In this document: positions 1 to 14,009 of the stretch, one piece after another
Layout of the letters: each line of letters starts with the position of its first letter
Position numbering within the stretch: position 1 is the stretch's first letter
Source of the DNA: Bugula neritina
Taxonomy: Eukaryota; Animalia; Bryozoa
Direction of reading: 5' to 3'
DNA length: 64,000 nt
NCBI GenBank assembly: GCA_964035545.1
Contig: OZ037768.1
Location: forward strand, 18,087,700-18,151,699
The notes under the pieces: generated by a model
Told to the model about the DNA's origin: nothing
The model's database searches: none
Seen by the model: only the letters and a program-made list of their open reading frames with translations
Translations under genes and position numbers: made by a program

Positions 1-457
1 TAAAAACAGAAAGCTTTATAAAAACTGCATTATTAAAGCAAAGACAGGGTTATTGGTGAGTTTGCTGCAAGCTTTCTTAACAATTTAGAGAGAGGTCAAA
101 AGTTGACAAACACATACTAACAAATCAGCATTAAGTTTAAGAACTTATGCTAAAAACGTCATGTTAAAATAGGCTGAATAGTCAGGACACAAACACCCGA
201 ACCATATTGGAGAGCATGTGCTAGGCTTGCAGGTTGAGCCTCAGGGAAAACATAAGTGGTGCTGGAAAGCACACTTGATTATAATTGCTTCTACACTATT
301 CTGAAGGCCTTTAAACCATGCTGCTAGCATAATTTAAGACAAAAGGTCTATATATTGCACAAAACAACCAGGCGTTGGCAGAAAGATTCTGGTTATAAAA
401 AAAGGTGAGATATAGACCGTGATATAAACTATAGAACTTTTAATAGCAACCACTTAC

Positions 458-2772
458 AGCTGCACATCTGATACACAACACCAAGCCCAGCCCCATCCGC
501 CACTTATATACTTCTTGTCATCACTGCCACAGCATCCACCTGTATAAAAGATGTTTAGAAATTAGTCATTAGCTTTGAATGAAAGACAAACATAAGTTTA
601 AATACGTTACTTGTTGCCGTTTCAAGTCTCTATTATAAACACAATTGGCTCAATCATAACTAAAGAGTTATATGCTAATAGATGGTTAAAATGCAGGCAT
701 TACTTAATATAAAACCTAAATCCTAGTATCTTTGAAGAATTTGACTTCAGATTTTGTGTGAAAGTTTATGTTACATATATTTGAATAATTTTACTTCATA
801 TTTTTTTGTGAAAATTCATGTTATAGTTAAATTAAGGACAACTGCCTTCGAAAAACTTGGTCCGATAAAGTATTAAGAAAAGACTCGAGTGTTGTACAAT
901 TCAGGTTGCAAAGGGCATAAACTACGCTACCCAGCTTCAAATTTAATGAGTCTACATAACATAAAGATAAGTGTATATTATGTGTTATAGTAAATAAAAG
1001 TATTTTGTGAGTACATTATGCAAGGTCACGTTATAACTCACAATGATGGACTACATTTTTTGGAATTTTTTGTCTTTTACATAGTAAAAACTGTTATTCT
1101 GCTAAAAATATACAGGGAGTCTTAAAGACTCTAATGTCATACTAAATGCTAATAGCAGAAGACCTTTAAGTAGGCCTATCATGGTTCAAAATTCACAGAA
1201 TCTAAACTTACATTATTATAGCAAATATTAGTTTTATTTTTGAATTACAAATTCAATATTATGAGAAAATATAGTGTGCTCTATAGAGAAATGCTGTTAT
1301 TATGATTTATAGCAATGTTTTCTAATAAAACAAATAGCACTGTATGTTACTCAAAAAATTTGAGGGTAAATTTATTAGCTAATACAGTTGACACTATCAG
1401 TCTATCACTATGATAATAACAATTTCACAAGTTTAAACATGCTTTTTAAATAAACTATCCTAATACATAGTGATAGTCTACTACTAAATAACATATTCCA
1501 CTATTTTAGAAAATTAAGTTGGAGTTTTACATTCGACTTTCACTGATTCTTTCTGTCATATTATAAAGATAATGATAGTCAGTATTTAAGTCCCACATGC
1601 AACATGAAGCAAGCATTACAGTTACTCTAACTTTTATAGTTACTAATATTGCATTTACAGAGACCTAACAAAGTTACATGATTGTGTAAAGTTTTGTTTA
1701 GCTTGGTTTACTAATTTAAAATTCTTGTTTTGGCATTTGGGTTTTGAATGTGACATTATTGTGACTGTTTAATTTTATACTTGAGCCTAAAATGAGACAA
1801 ATTGACATTCTTGTGGTACAAACTCAAAGTTCTTTAATCTTTTATAATCAACAAAACGCAAGGCTAGGGCCTAAAGCCAAAGGCAAAGATATTTACAAAA
1901 TTACAATTGTGCATTTGCGTTTTACCCTGGCAAACTAACTCTAGGTTAAAGTCTTACAGTTACACTAAGAGCCAAACTAAAGTAAAAGTAACACTAACGT
2001 CTAACAGTTAGTGTTACCAAGTTTGTGTAACAGTAACAGTAAAATGCAAGTGCCAGTCTACAACTGTCAGTGTCACTATCACTATGATAGACTATGAGTA
2101 TGACTATTACTATAAGTATAACTATCAGTATTAGTATTGCCATTGGCATTGGTCACTGTGACTGTCACCGTACTACTCTAACAGTAACAGTAACTCTAAG
2201 CGACATTTTGATTTACACTTTGACTTACTTTCAGTTCAAGTCTTACATTTACAGTAGATCAACGACAACTGTAAGTGTAAGACTAAGAGTAAGTCGTTCA
2301 AAGTCAACTAAGTCTCATGACTAATGAGTAATGAGTAATGATAATCATTATTAATATGAATATCATTATGAAGTTGAACTATTCCGTATTAGTATTACTA
2401 TTACTATTAGTAATAGTAATAGTAATACTAATACGGAATAGTTCAACTTGTGTAAATGTAAATAGTTCAACTATTAGTAAAACTAAATGTAATACTAATA
2501 GTAATAGTAATACTGAGAGCGAGTATTACTATTAGTATTAGTATTACATTTACTATTAGTATTGCTGTTACTATTAGTATTACTATTACTAATACTGTAT
2601 TACTATTACACTATTAGTATTACACTATTAGTATTAGTATTACTATTAGTATTACATTTACTAATTTAGTAATTAGTAATTTTTATTTAGTATTCGCAAT
2701 CGTTGTGCGTCAGTTTTACCTACCTGATATCACCATCATTTCATTAGGCCCAACTGAGTGGCAATTCCCCAT
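458..2772 (-). CDS. FLOT2: Flotillin-2, first two coding exons; gene continues past the left edge
   Basis: Exons 2772-2724 (49 nt) and 539-458 (82 nt) have GT-AG junctions. They translate to MGNCHSVGPNEMMVISGGCCGSDDKKYISGGWGWAWCCVSDVQ, matching the flotillin-2 N-terminus (MGNC myristoylation/palmitoylation motif). Confidence 0.95.
1930..2690. repeat. Degenerate 3/6-bp periodic quasi-palindromic tract in FLOT2 intron 1
   Basis: Drifting hexamers TGACTA TGAGTA TTACTA TAAGTA TCAGTA and (TAN)n runs. Contains the palindrome at 2371-2449. Boundaries are approximate. Confidence 0.85.
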
Positions 2773-3359
2773 GGTGACAACTAAAACTTATTAAACTAGT
2801 CAAAGTTTGTAAAAAATATTGAGAAAATTTGTCAGAAGTGGTTGAAGCTTAGTAGCATTCGTTATTTTTTATTCGCGAGTCACGGGCAACTGAGTGTTTG
2901 TTGCAAGTGCTCCTCGTCGATTCTAATATGTGACCTAATTAAATCTGTAGCTTGTGTTTTGCATATACTTTAATTTGTCTTAAAAGCATATCAATGAGAA
3001 TTGTTACATTGGGTTCTAAGGCTAATAAATAAACTACTTTACCAGTAAACAATGAAAACTTATAGTATGATCATGAGCAATAATGATTAGTGGCATTAAT
3101 TTACTCTTATGAGTTATCTTCTTTATATTTTCATAGTCCTTGAGTCTCCTTATAGTTATGCTCACTACAAATTTACTAACAATTTAAAACTTGCTGCTCG
3201 TATTGATATTAAATCTGATATTTGCATTCTTAAAATCTTCATTTCATGTTGTTCTACAACATTATTATTCACGCCCAAAGATTATAATTACACTGCACAT
3301 AGAATTAGATATAAACAGATTTAAATTCCCCTTCGGTAACAAAGCATTAAGCAGAAAAC

Positions 3360-5700
3360 TCTTATACTTAAAGTTAAAGTTATACTAATACTTATATTTA
3401 TAAGTTGTAAGTTATAGTATTACTATTAGTATTACTTATAGTAACTTATACTTATACTAATACATTAACTTGTAGTTATACTAGACTTGATAGAGTAAAA
3501 CTTAATACTTATAGTAATAGTTTTACTTAATTTTATACTTCTAGTTATAGTAATACAAATAGTTTTACTTCTTAGAGTTATACTTACTGTGAGACGTAAA
3601 TATAACTATAAGTATTAGTAAAAGTTATAGTAACTGTAAGTGTAAGTCAGTAAGTGTAAGTGAAAGTATTGTAATTATAATTATAGTTATACTTATACTA
3701 TAATTTATTAGTCATACTTATACTTGATAGTTGATAATTTAAATTCAACAAAAACTGAGAAAGTAAGAATCAATCTGAATATGAAACTTAGTATCAATAT
3801 GAATATAAAATCTTAAACTTGAAGTTACTGATGATCATAAAATAAATTATAATGATAATCCTCTCAAGCCTTAAAAGTTAAAAGGGAAAATAAATAGGCT
3901 ATTTATTTTCACTTTATTTAATAAACCATGGCCAGGTACTGGTAGTGGTAGACGAAAAGTCTGAGGCTGGTATTCATTTAGTAGTTACCCACCTTAGCCT
4001 TCATTATGATTATTATCATGATTATCATTATCATTATGATTATAAATTTATTATATTAAATTTAATATTTATTATGATTATCAGTATTCGTATTACTATT
4101 AGTATTACTATTAGTATTACTATTAGTATTACTATTAGTATTAATATTAGTATTAATATAAAGTTTTCATTCAATTAAGTTTAGTATTAGCATTAGTGTT
4201 ACTATTAGCTGTATACAAAAGCTATCTGGATATTTGACTGGTTTCAGTTGGAGTTTCAGTTTGTCTTAGCAGTTGGAGTTACTCAGACCAGCTGTTACTC
4301 AACTCACTTACTCACTACGTCTACTATTAGTTAGTGTTACTATGGGTGCAGGTCATTTCGTACACAAGTCGTTTCGTACCCACTTTTTCAGGTCGTTTCG
4401 TACACATCAATATAAGTTAAATAAAATACATATTTTTTGATATTTATTAATTATTTGATGTATGAGTCATACATTAGTACATACATAGATTAATAGATTA
4501 AATGTAATATAAAACATTGATCAAAATAAAATCAAGATATAGTAGCGTGTTACAAAAATAAATATCAACGAATATATTATAATAGATAATCATAATACAT
4601 TAATATAAAACATCTATCAACAGGTGACATGGGAGGTGTGAAAGATACATGTTGGGAATAGGATGCAATAAATAAGTAAACTAGCATCATTCAAGTGGTT
4701 ATCCAGTGGATTAATTTATTATTCATTTTGTGTACGAAATGGATAGCAGTTTGTGCACGAAACGATCATTTTGTATACCGTCGACTTGCATATGAAACGA
4801 CAGCAACCCGTTACTACTACTAGAACAATTTAAAGCCTCTGGGTTAAGCTTAACGTGAGGTTAGCTTTAACTTTTAGTTGCTAAATTTAAGTTTATTAAC
4901 TTGTTGAGTTTTATTTTAATCTATAAGTTTGTTATACTTATCGTATTGATATTTTAATTTTATTTGTCATTCCAACAACTTCAAGTCAGTCACTCACCAG
5001 TGTGAGTGTCACACTGACGTGTCACTGTACAAACTAGTATTTACCAACAAATATTACCAATTATCATGAGATAGTATAAACTTAAAAGTAACTGGCCTAA
5101 AGTCATTAATCATAATTATTTTGCTATCATTATGATTTTGATTTAAAAAAAATTACTGCAGATATACACTTAGAATTTTTATTAGGAATAGTACTAGTAT
5201 TACTGTTTAAATAATAATACTAACATTTACACTATCTGTAAGTAAAGAGTATTAACCGCAGATTTGAGTGAGTACCACTGATATTGTCACTGTTAGTATC
5301 AGTTACAGTATGGGTATCACTGGTACTAATAATGTTTTTGTAGTATGGAACTGTAAGTAGGGGGGGCGCAATATGAATGTATACATGAGTATAATTATAA
5401 TTAGTATAGAGATATTTAATAGTATCAGCTATTATAATTATGGTTATAGTTTTTTCCAGCAGAATTAGAATATTTATATAACAATGCACTAGAACCTTTA
5501 GTTAAATACTATATTTAATATTCATTGCAATCCTTATACTAACAATGATAATAATCATAACAAAAAATAATATATAATTATTTGTAAATAAATAATAAAA
5601 TCTAGTTGTTATATAAAAACCGTCTTAGACTAATACTGATTTCCGAACTATAATTCGTTTACCAGTTCATTATAGTTATAATAAAACTTAAACTAAACCT
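3360..5700. repeat. Patchy periodic (TAN)n-type tracts between the FLOT2 and PPP4C 5' ends
   Basis: Blocks at about 3360-3860, 4000-4345 and 4980-5700 with units such as TTATAC/TTATAG, ATTAGT/ATTACT and ATCATT/ATGATT. Confidence 0.75.
4344..4809. mobile_element. Non-autonomous TIR element with 8-bp TSD and subterminal GTTTCGTAC repeats (MULE- or Merlin-like, superfamily uncertain)
   Basis: Ends GGGTGCAGGTCATTTCGTACACAAGTCG and CGACTTGCATATGAAACGACAGCAACCC. Flanks are GTTACTAT (4336-4343) and GTTACTAC (4810-4817). Confidence 0.7.
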
Positions 5701-6386
5701 TTTAAAAATGAATAGTTTTGTAAATTTAACTTTGTTAAGCATTGTTATTGGATTTGATGTGGGGGCTACTTTGATTAGAATCCTTTTAACTGGCTTCTAG
5801 CAATAATCACAAAAAAGTATTGCTGTAGAACATAGCCTAAGCTAGTCCTAAGTTTGATAGGCTTGTATATTGAAGGTGTAGCCTATATAATTATGCAAAT
5901 TTTAAAATCAAACACTGTACCAGCAGACAACATTTATTTCCATAAGATGTAAGCCACTCTACTTCATTCTGTGGTGAAAAGGGCCCAAAATCTTGAACAC
6001 AGCCAATGTAAACAGATTGTTTTATTTACGGAAACATATTGTCAATGAATTTCAAATCTAATGAAAACGCTCACTAAATTGAATTTTCTAACAGTGTTTT
6101 TAGGGTAAATAGATTTTTGAATTAGCTGTAAGTCCCATACCAAATAGTAAAATTTGCTGTGTTATTGTAGAGTAAACATTTTAATACACAGGCAGTCATT
6201 GCTTATTTCATTTGTAAGTAGAGTTTTGATCTAAAGATATAACAATCTTACAGTGATTTTCATGTGAATTCTTTAACCTGGTTACATCTACAGATCTTTT
6301 GCATTAAAATGTCTTCGATTTCAGTAGTGCAAGATATAAACCAGTAATATTTTACCTGTTTATCCGTTGGTTGCAGTTACAGTGAC

Positions 6387-9300
6387 ATGGGTGACTGCGG
6401 AGATCTAGATAGGTGAGTGTTGAATGTCATTAATATACTGGTCATGATTAAATTGCCTACTCTGTTATCTTTATGTAAAAATGAATGCTGCCTTATTAAT
6501 AATGCATTAGCTTGACAGTTTTTTAAACATGATTTTTGGTATTACCTGTTTTTATGATGCAATTCATTTACAATATAATCCAATGTAGAAATGTTGCAAA
6601 TCTATTGTTAAAACATGGTTAATTATGCTTGTCGTAATTGTATTAAATGATTGTAAGAAAATTGTCAAATAAGCTTTTATGAGTCATTCATGTGAAATTC
6701 TGGAGTGGGTAAAAGTATTAGCTTATTTGTAAGCCAGCCTAATGAACATCAATATTTAGTTAATAGAGTAAAAAAAATTTTTTTTGTAAAAACATGTGTC
6801 TAAAATTGACACAGCAGAAATAACGTTGCAGCTGTATACTTGTAGTCAAATGAGTTGTGTTATATAGTGTATAATATGCACTTGGGTATTATTTAGACAA
6901 ATAGAACAGTTGAGGAGATGTGAAATAATAAAAGAAAGTGAGGTTAAAGCACTGTGTGGTAAAGCTCGTGAGATACTTGTTGAAGAAAGTAACGTTCAAA
7001 GAGTCGATTCTCCAGTCACCGTAAGTTTTGCTGCTAACCCCCTATTCACACTTACCGTATTGTACGCCGTAACAGCAAATATCAGCCATTTTTATAAATG
7101 TTTGAGCTTCCTGTACGGTAGGATCAAACACTGCTTGATTCAAATAAGTTGCAGCAGACTCCTATTGGACAGAAGAACTTTTGCGTTGACTTATTGGATG
7201 TAATTGTCCAATGAAGTGTCATAGATCGTACCTAATAGCGGACTTTGAAAACTTCAGCCCGAACACATTAAAAATGGCTAATATTTTACGTTACGACGTA
7301 CGTTACGGTAAGTGTGAATGAGGGGTTATAAATAAAACTTACTGTTATATTATCTAGAAATTATGCACTGGTTTGGATTTTTCGATTTGTAATTTGAAAC
7401 CAATTATTCACCCACTCATTAAATTCTATGTGCTGCTAAAATATATTAAGCCCAATAACATTGTTAGCATATGCTATATAGAATCTTAGCATTGACATTA
7501 TTTGCATTTTCTAGTTTAGATCTCAAGATGCCTTTTTGCTTTAGATAAATCTGTTTGTGTCACATGAATAATCAGTTACTAGATGCATCATTGCTCTTCA
7601 TTTACATATCATATTTATTTTAACTCCCCCATTTGCCATTCCTTGTTTTGATAAGAGATGCAGTAACACTGTTGGTTGCTATGCAGGACTAGCGTACTAA
7701 ATTTATTGCATGTACATATCATGAAGGTTATTGTATTGGAAGAATTGCAACTTACAGCTATTGCAATGATTACAACTAATAAGGACATGCACGCATTTTT
7801 ACAGGAACTGCTGGCCTTACACCAGCACAATTTGACTTTCAACATAAAGGTTGGAGCAATCATGTGACTGCAATCAAGAGCACATACCACCCACTCTCAT
7901 TATAAAACACTATATTAATATTGCAGTATGAACATAACACTGCAACTGTATTCTACTCATTTATAGTCTGTCTTGTTTTGTTGTACTGCATGTCTATGCT
8001 GACGCTGACTTTGATTAGGTCTGCGGAGATATTCATGGTCAGTTTTATGATCTCAAAGAGTTGTTTAAAGTTGGCGGTGATGTTCCAGACACCAACTACT
8101 TATTCATGGGAGATTTCGTAGATCGGGGATTTTACAGTGTAGAGACATTTCTTCTTCTATTAGCCCTTAAAGTAAGTGACTGCATCTACATCAGTAAGTC
8201 TATATGTGTTGTCACTGCTCTATGTGAATATAGATAGATGCTGGGGCTAAGGTAAAACGCTAGCATAGTTCACAAACATAAAATACATCACCAGAGGGTG
8301 TTAGTTCTGCTTAAATTAGTTTTTTGTTTGGTTTCAATTTATGTAAAATCATAAATGTGCAGTTCTAATAGTTGGTTATCTAATTCAGATGAGTGTTTTA
8401 CCACACATGCTGCTGAGTAATGACCAAAATGGAATTAAAATGTCCTAATGTAGACAGACTGTAAATTATCATTTTGGTTCTTTTAATATCACGTAAGAAT
8501 TTTAAACAAATTCTTTTAAATTCTCAACAAATGCTCTAATACTATTTCAATGCGTTCTAAAGCTTCAAATGAATTTTAATGGATCATATGGCTGTTAGTA
8601 GGTTTGGTAAGTTATTTTAAGAACCCCAAAACATTGTCTAAGGCTGTTATTGGTAAGTATTGGGATGTTTTATTGAAATACTTTTTAAAAACATTACATC
8701 ATTCCTTTAAAACCATCCTTTAAATTTTAGTACATTATTAAATATTTTGGGTATTAGTAAACATCTATTTTGATATTAGCTGTAAAACTAGTATAGAAGT
8801 GTAGAAATTACTTTCAATTTAACACTTGAAGTCTTTTTCTAGTAATTGTTCAGCTAGATGAATACCAGGCTATTTATGAGCCGTGACGTAGATGACATGT
8901 AACATATGATCACACTACTGCATGTTACATCCAGGTTAGATACCCCGACAGGATTACGTTGATACGAGGTAATCACGAGAGTAGACAAATCACACAAGTC
9001 TATGGCTTCTATGATGAATGTTTGAGAAAGTACGGCTCCATCACAGTGTGGAGATATTGCACAGAAATCTTTGATTACTTGAGTCTCTCCGCTATTATAG
9101 ATGGCCAAGTAAGTAGCTTTTTAATATAATTTACGTTTGCCATCAAAACATAATGCTGGGTTGCCATGGTATTGGTAAATTGAGTTACCATGGTATTTGG
9201 TAAATCAGTTTTGATGTTGCAAGGTTAAGCATTTCAGGGTACTCAAAATAGTAGGCTTTAGTGTACTCATAACAAACATATTACATTCCATCGTATTGAA

Positions 9301-11213
9301 TAAGTCACTTGGTAACTAAAGCATTATTACTGTTGTGCAGATATTCTGTGTTCACGGAGGGCTGTCACCGTCCATTAGTACCTTGGATCAAATCAGAGCT
9401 ATTGACAGGAAACAGGAAGTACCTCACGACGGGCCAATGTGCGACCTCTTGTGGTCAGATCCAGATGGTAAATACTTTCACAGTCAGATGTCACTAAAAT
9501 ACTAGCTAATACATATAAACCTAGCGAAATCTAGTGGGGTTGGTAAGGATAGGTCCCCCAAGTTGTATGATTGGGTAGTTGGGTTTAACCTATGTAGTCA
9601 TTAATGAATTTGGAAGCTACATAGAAGAGTCCACATCTCCTCTATTATATTATAGGCTCAATAATTTATTATTTAGTAGTATTTGCAAACAGCAGCCTTG
9701 TCACTTTCAAATGTTTTGATTGCAAGAAGCAAGTGGGTTATTGTAATCCTTTGTAGTTATTACTGCTAACAACTTACAATGGCGGAAATTTTCAGTTTCT
9801 TACCTACTCATAATATTATTTGTGTTTAGCGTAGGGCCACACGGTGCGTATTTTCGCAGACGAAAATTTGCACCACAAGTAGAAAAATGTGTCCACTGAA
9901 CGGAACGGCGTGTCAGTGAAATCGAAAAACTACTAGCTAATAATATTTGCGTTTAACTTTACTGCTCGACTTGTCTCGATGGCTACATGTGCAGGATAAC
10001 TTAAATTTTCATTTTTTCATCTCACTCGCTTTCAAAAAAACGCAATTTAGTGGAATGTAGCACTTATAGTGAAAAAATAGTCTCGCTAAATAACTACAGT
10101 GACGACGACAGAAAATATTTGCACTTGGTGTTGAGAATGCTGCACGACAAGTGCAACATTTTCTCAACGCGTGACATTCGGTTACAGTGGACACCTTTTT
10201 CTACTTGTGGTGCAAATTTTCGTCTGCAGAAATACGCATCATGTGGCCCTATGCTTAGCAAAATTTTTGCAGTCAGACCTTGATTTTAATTGTAAATTTA
10301 TTACTAGAAGAGTTAAAAGTAAGGGAGTACCCCCCCCCCCCTCCACCATTTGCTCTAGACTTTGACCACTGATTACTGGTCTCATTAAGCCAGAATCAAG
10401 ATGGCCTACTCATTCTTTTAGTTTATGAAATGTATATACATAATTTATTATAGATACCTCTATTGCACTTTGTTTGCATACATGAATAGCTACTACTCTG
10501 TAGTTACATGTTTACTTTATCGATATAAGTCTTCATTATTTATAACCTGCCTCATGCCCTTCCTGTGTTTTAGATACTCAGGGGTGGGGCGTCAGTCCCC
10601 GAGGTGCTGGCTACTTGTTTGGAGGTGACGTGGTACATTCATTTATAGACTCTAATAATCTTAAATTGATATGCCGAGCTCATCAACTTGTTATGGAGGG
10701 ATGGAAAGCTCACTTTAACGAAACAGTCATCACAGTATGGTCAGCACCCAACTACTGTTACAGGTAATAATCGTAAGACTCTACACATAAGCCTTAATTT
10801 GTGAGGGTTTTGACCAATTTTGTTTGTTTGTAGGGTCAGGCTCATTTCCTATATAGAAAATATAGCCTTTATTTTATGTTTTGTTTCTAAAACTACTCTT
10901 GTTTCGTTATTCATGTTGCTGTGAGTTTGATATTATTGCAGATGTGGTAATGTGGCTGCAATTTTAGAACTGGATGAACACCTACAAAGAAGTTTCACAA
11001 TATTTGAAGCAGCTCCACAGGTTAGTTTAACTCTCAGTATATGTGCTAAGACTAGCTTTTGTAAGAACTCTCCCTATCAAATTACTTTACTCTAACAGTT
11101 ATAGTATTTTCTCAAATACATTGTAGCAAATTGAATAAAATATAAATTTTATTTGTTTTCAGGAAGTAAGAGGGATACCATCCAAAAAGCCACAACCCGA
11201 CTATTTCCTTTGA
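6387..11213 (+). CDS. PPP4C: Ser/Thr protein phosphatase 4 catalytic subunit, 8 coding exons, 307 aa
   Basis: Exons 6387-6412, 6897-7020, 8019-8171, 8935-9108, 9341-9467, 10574-10763, 10942-11020, 11163-11213 (924 nt). PPP motifs GDIHG, GDFVDRG, RGNHE, HGG, RAHQ and SAPNY are present. The N-terminus [13 protein letters not shown] and the C-terminal DYFL are PP4-type. Confidence 0.97.
7037..7326. mobile_element. MITE in PPP4C intron 2
   Basis: Imperfect TIRs of about 70 bp, ACCCCCTATTCACACTTACCGTA... and ...TACGGTAAGTGTGAATGAGGGGT, with TA on both flanks. Confidence 0.8.
9829..10254. mobile_element. MITE (PIF/Harbinger-like) in PPP4C intron 5
   Basis: TIRs of about 70 bp, GCGTAGGGCCACACGGTGCGTATTT...CCACTG and CAGTGG...AAATACGCATCATGTGGCCCTATGC, with TTA on both sides (9826-9828 and 10255-10257). 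Confidence 0.85.
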
Positions 11214-11923
11214 AATGGTACAAGTGGCTAAGTTGTTGTAATAAAGGCATGCATTTGACTCCAATGAAAGAGCTATATTTACTATAAGCAATAGCGCCCA
11301 CATTTTCAGTCGGTTTATGTTTTCTTATCAGTATTCTTTAAGCATCATCTTAATAATTTTACACATTTTTATTGTCTAATGGAGATGAATGATACAATAG
11401 AATTAGTAATTTAATCAATAGTCCAGTTGGCACACAGCCATTCAACTTTATCAACTTATACTTTGAAATATAAGAAATGTAAACATTTTATTGATATCAA
11501 AAAAGTTTCATCTTAAACAATAAATAAATCAAAACATTCATAAAACAGATTTATTAATTGTAAGTACCAGCTGGTTAATTTCCATGTATGCAAGCAATGG
11601 CAGATGTAGCAATACTCATTGCATATACTAATTTGTTTGTGAAAAAAATTCACAACAAAATCTTACAAATGTGCAGCTGTAATTTAAGATTACAACTTTT
11701 ATTGCATAGATTATTTACAAAATCAAATACCCGATCAATTTTGTTTGTGTATCCCCAAATTTATGATAGCAAGCAATTAAAGTGTGATACCTAACAAAAG
11801 TCAAGTAACTGTCGAAAAAATTGTCTTGACATATGACTTTGTAGACATAATTATGTACTTGGATAGCTATAAATTTTAATAAAAAATAGTTCTATTGATA
11901 TTTAATAATAATATATTAAAAGA

Positions 11924-13854
11924 TTAAACACTAATATTGTACAGAAAGTCTTCGCTATCTTCCTCAACTGTAGGTGTGGTGCAATGTAAAGATGTAGAAT
12001 AGCTATTTTCCTCTATCTTTTGGTCTTGTAGAGACAGATTTTCCCCTTTTCTCATTACATATATAAAATATTCAAAACCGGTGCCAAATGTTAGCACCTC
12101 TATTGACCAATGGTATTTCTTTTTAGCTAACAAGGCTTTCCTGAAATGAGGCTGTGACCAAGTGATAGAAATAAATTTTCCACCAGGCTTTAGAACATCA
12201 CTAATCTGTAATGGAAATATATAAAAAACCTAGTATGATAAATATTATATGAAGTGCAGTACTAGTAGCTAAGAGATTCAATAATAAGCTTAGTAAAAAG
12301 GCTAAAATAAACACCTAATTTATTTTTTTAACGAACACTAAAAAAGCATGTTCTAATTCATGAAATTTTGTGTTTAGGTCCAAGTTGTGCTAATTTTTAT
12401 AATATTCATTCATGGAAGCCAAAGCTTTCAGGTAGTAGCTATACCTGTTGTAAAATTTTGTCCATAGTAAATCTTCCTTCCTGGCTGATATCCCATGGAT
12501 TCTTCTCACCAACTAAGAATGTATCTAATGTAGCCTTGTCAATAACCTGCAATCTGATAGGAAAACTTAGTTATGAATATAATATAATTTGGTAGCAACT
12601 GTCAAATGTATGGTAAACCATTTCAAAAGTTTCAAATAAGCTATAAAATCGCTACTTATATTTTAAAAACTCACAGTATCAAAACTACCCGAGGAAAACT
12701 TCATTTCAAGAATATCCATCGTGTGCCATTCCATTTCTTCGAGCTCGGAATATTTCTTTTTCATCCGTTCAATTACATTCTCAGAATAGTCTATGTTTGT
12801 CACTTTTTTGAATCCGGAAAAGTGAAGATTGCTAGACAAAGTGCTGTTCCCACACCCTACACAAACAAGTAAACCAGAGTGACTGAGTGCTTTGATACTC
12901 TGTAAATTGCTTAACATTAAAATAATACACCTCAGCTAGGGACTATAAATACAATTTAAAAATATCTGCTTCAGTTACGATACATCTAGGAAAACTCAGA
13001 AAAAAACAAAACAAAACTAATGTCAGTCCTCAAACAAAAGCATATTAGGATATTAGAGTAGACTTCTTACCCTATTTACTGTAAAGATAAAAATTATGAT
13101 TAACGTTTTTAATAAAAAATAGTTGTAAGTAAGTTAAAAAGCAACGCTATCACTACAAGTATACTTAGTGTCAAAAACAATTGCATGGCTTTGTATCATG
13201 TTGGTGGTTTACAATTTTATGATTAATATTATATTACAATTAGGCAATAAAATTCATCTTTCATGTTGGATCAATACTTTAACCATATTGTTTGGTTTCA
13301 TCTTTGATTTATGTTTTTACCTTTTTAAACCTATATATCATCTAGCTATTAAAATTAACCGCAAAATATCATTTTTTGCATTGGTTTAAGCTAAAAAAAT
13401 TCTGCATATATTTTATAAGGACCCCAGCCTTCTATATTCACATCTTCCACATAATGTATAACTGCAAAGTATAGCATATCTTTTACAAAATATATTTACC
13501 AGACCTCAAACATAAATTATAATCATAAAAATGAACAGAAATGAATTTAGGTCTCATTGGGAAAACAAAATTGTTCTATATCCTTACCCAAGCTCATATC
13601 CAGAGAAACTTTTTTGAAGATAAAACTGATCAGGTTTGAAACATGAAACTAAAGGTTTTCCCTCACTTTTTATATTTTATTAGCTTAAATTTACCAATCA
13701 TTAGAATCTGGTCACTTGGGTGCAGTAGATCGTCAAAATGATACCCGTATTGTTCATATGAACCCAGCCAATCATATTCTTCTTCACTATAAAACCTGGA
13801 GTCCCAATACTCTTTACTGTTATACGTGCTGTTTTTAGTTGGTAATCTCTCCAT
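11924..13854 (-). CDS. EEF1AKMT4: eEF1A lysine methyltransferase 4-like (7-beta-strand SAM methyltransferase), 4 coding exons, 241 aa
   Basis: Exons 13854-13695, 12856-12675, 12546-12445, 12205-11924. Sequence includes LPTKNSTYNSKEYWDSRF, motif I ILMIGCGNS, NIDYS, FDTVIDKATLD, LKPGGKFISITWSQPHFR and FEYFIYVMRKG. Confidence 0.9.
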
Positions 13855-14009
13855 TCCACCTAACTAAAGAAAAGTTTATCAAATTAAAAAAAGAATTTAG
13901 ATATGACATATACATGAAAAGTCTTAAAAATTACATCACAATTTGTTCCATTGCTGTATGGACTATGGTAGTCTGAGTATGGTACCAGCATATACAATAT
14001 ATTGTTAAC

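Noticed and set aside
832-1170. Possible TTAA-flanked (Kolobok/piggyBac-like) element starting TTAAGGACAACTGCC
   Set aside because: I could not identify a matching right-hand TIR.
2094-4178. ITISISI- and LLLV-type ORFs (also 14256-14541) as small membrane proteins
   Set aside because: They are by-products of the period-3/6 tracts, with no homology or splice context.
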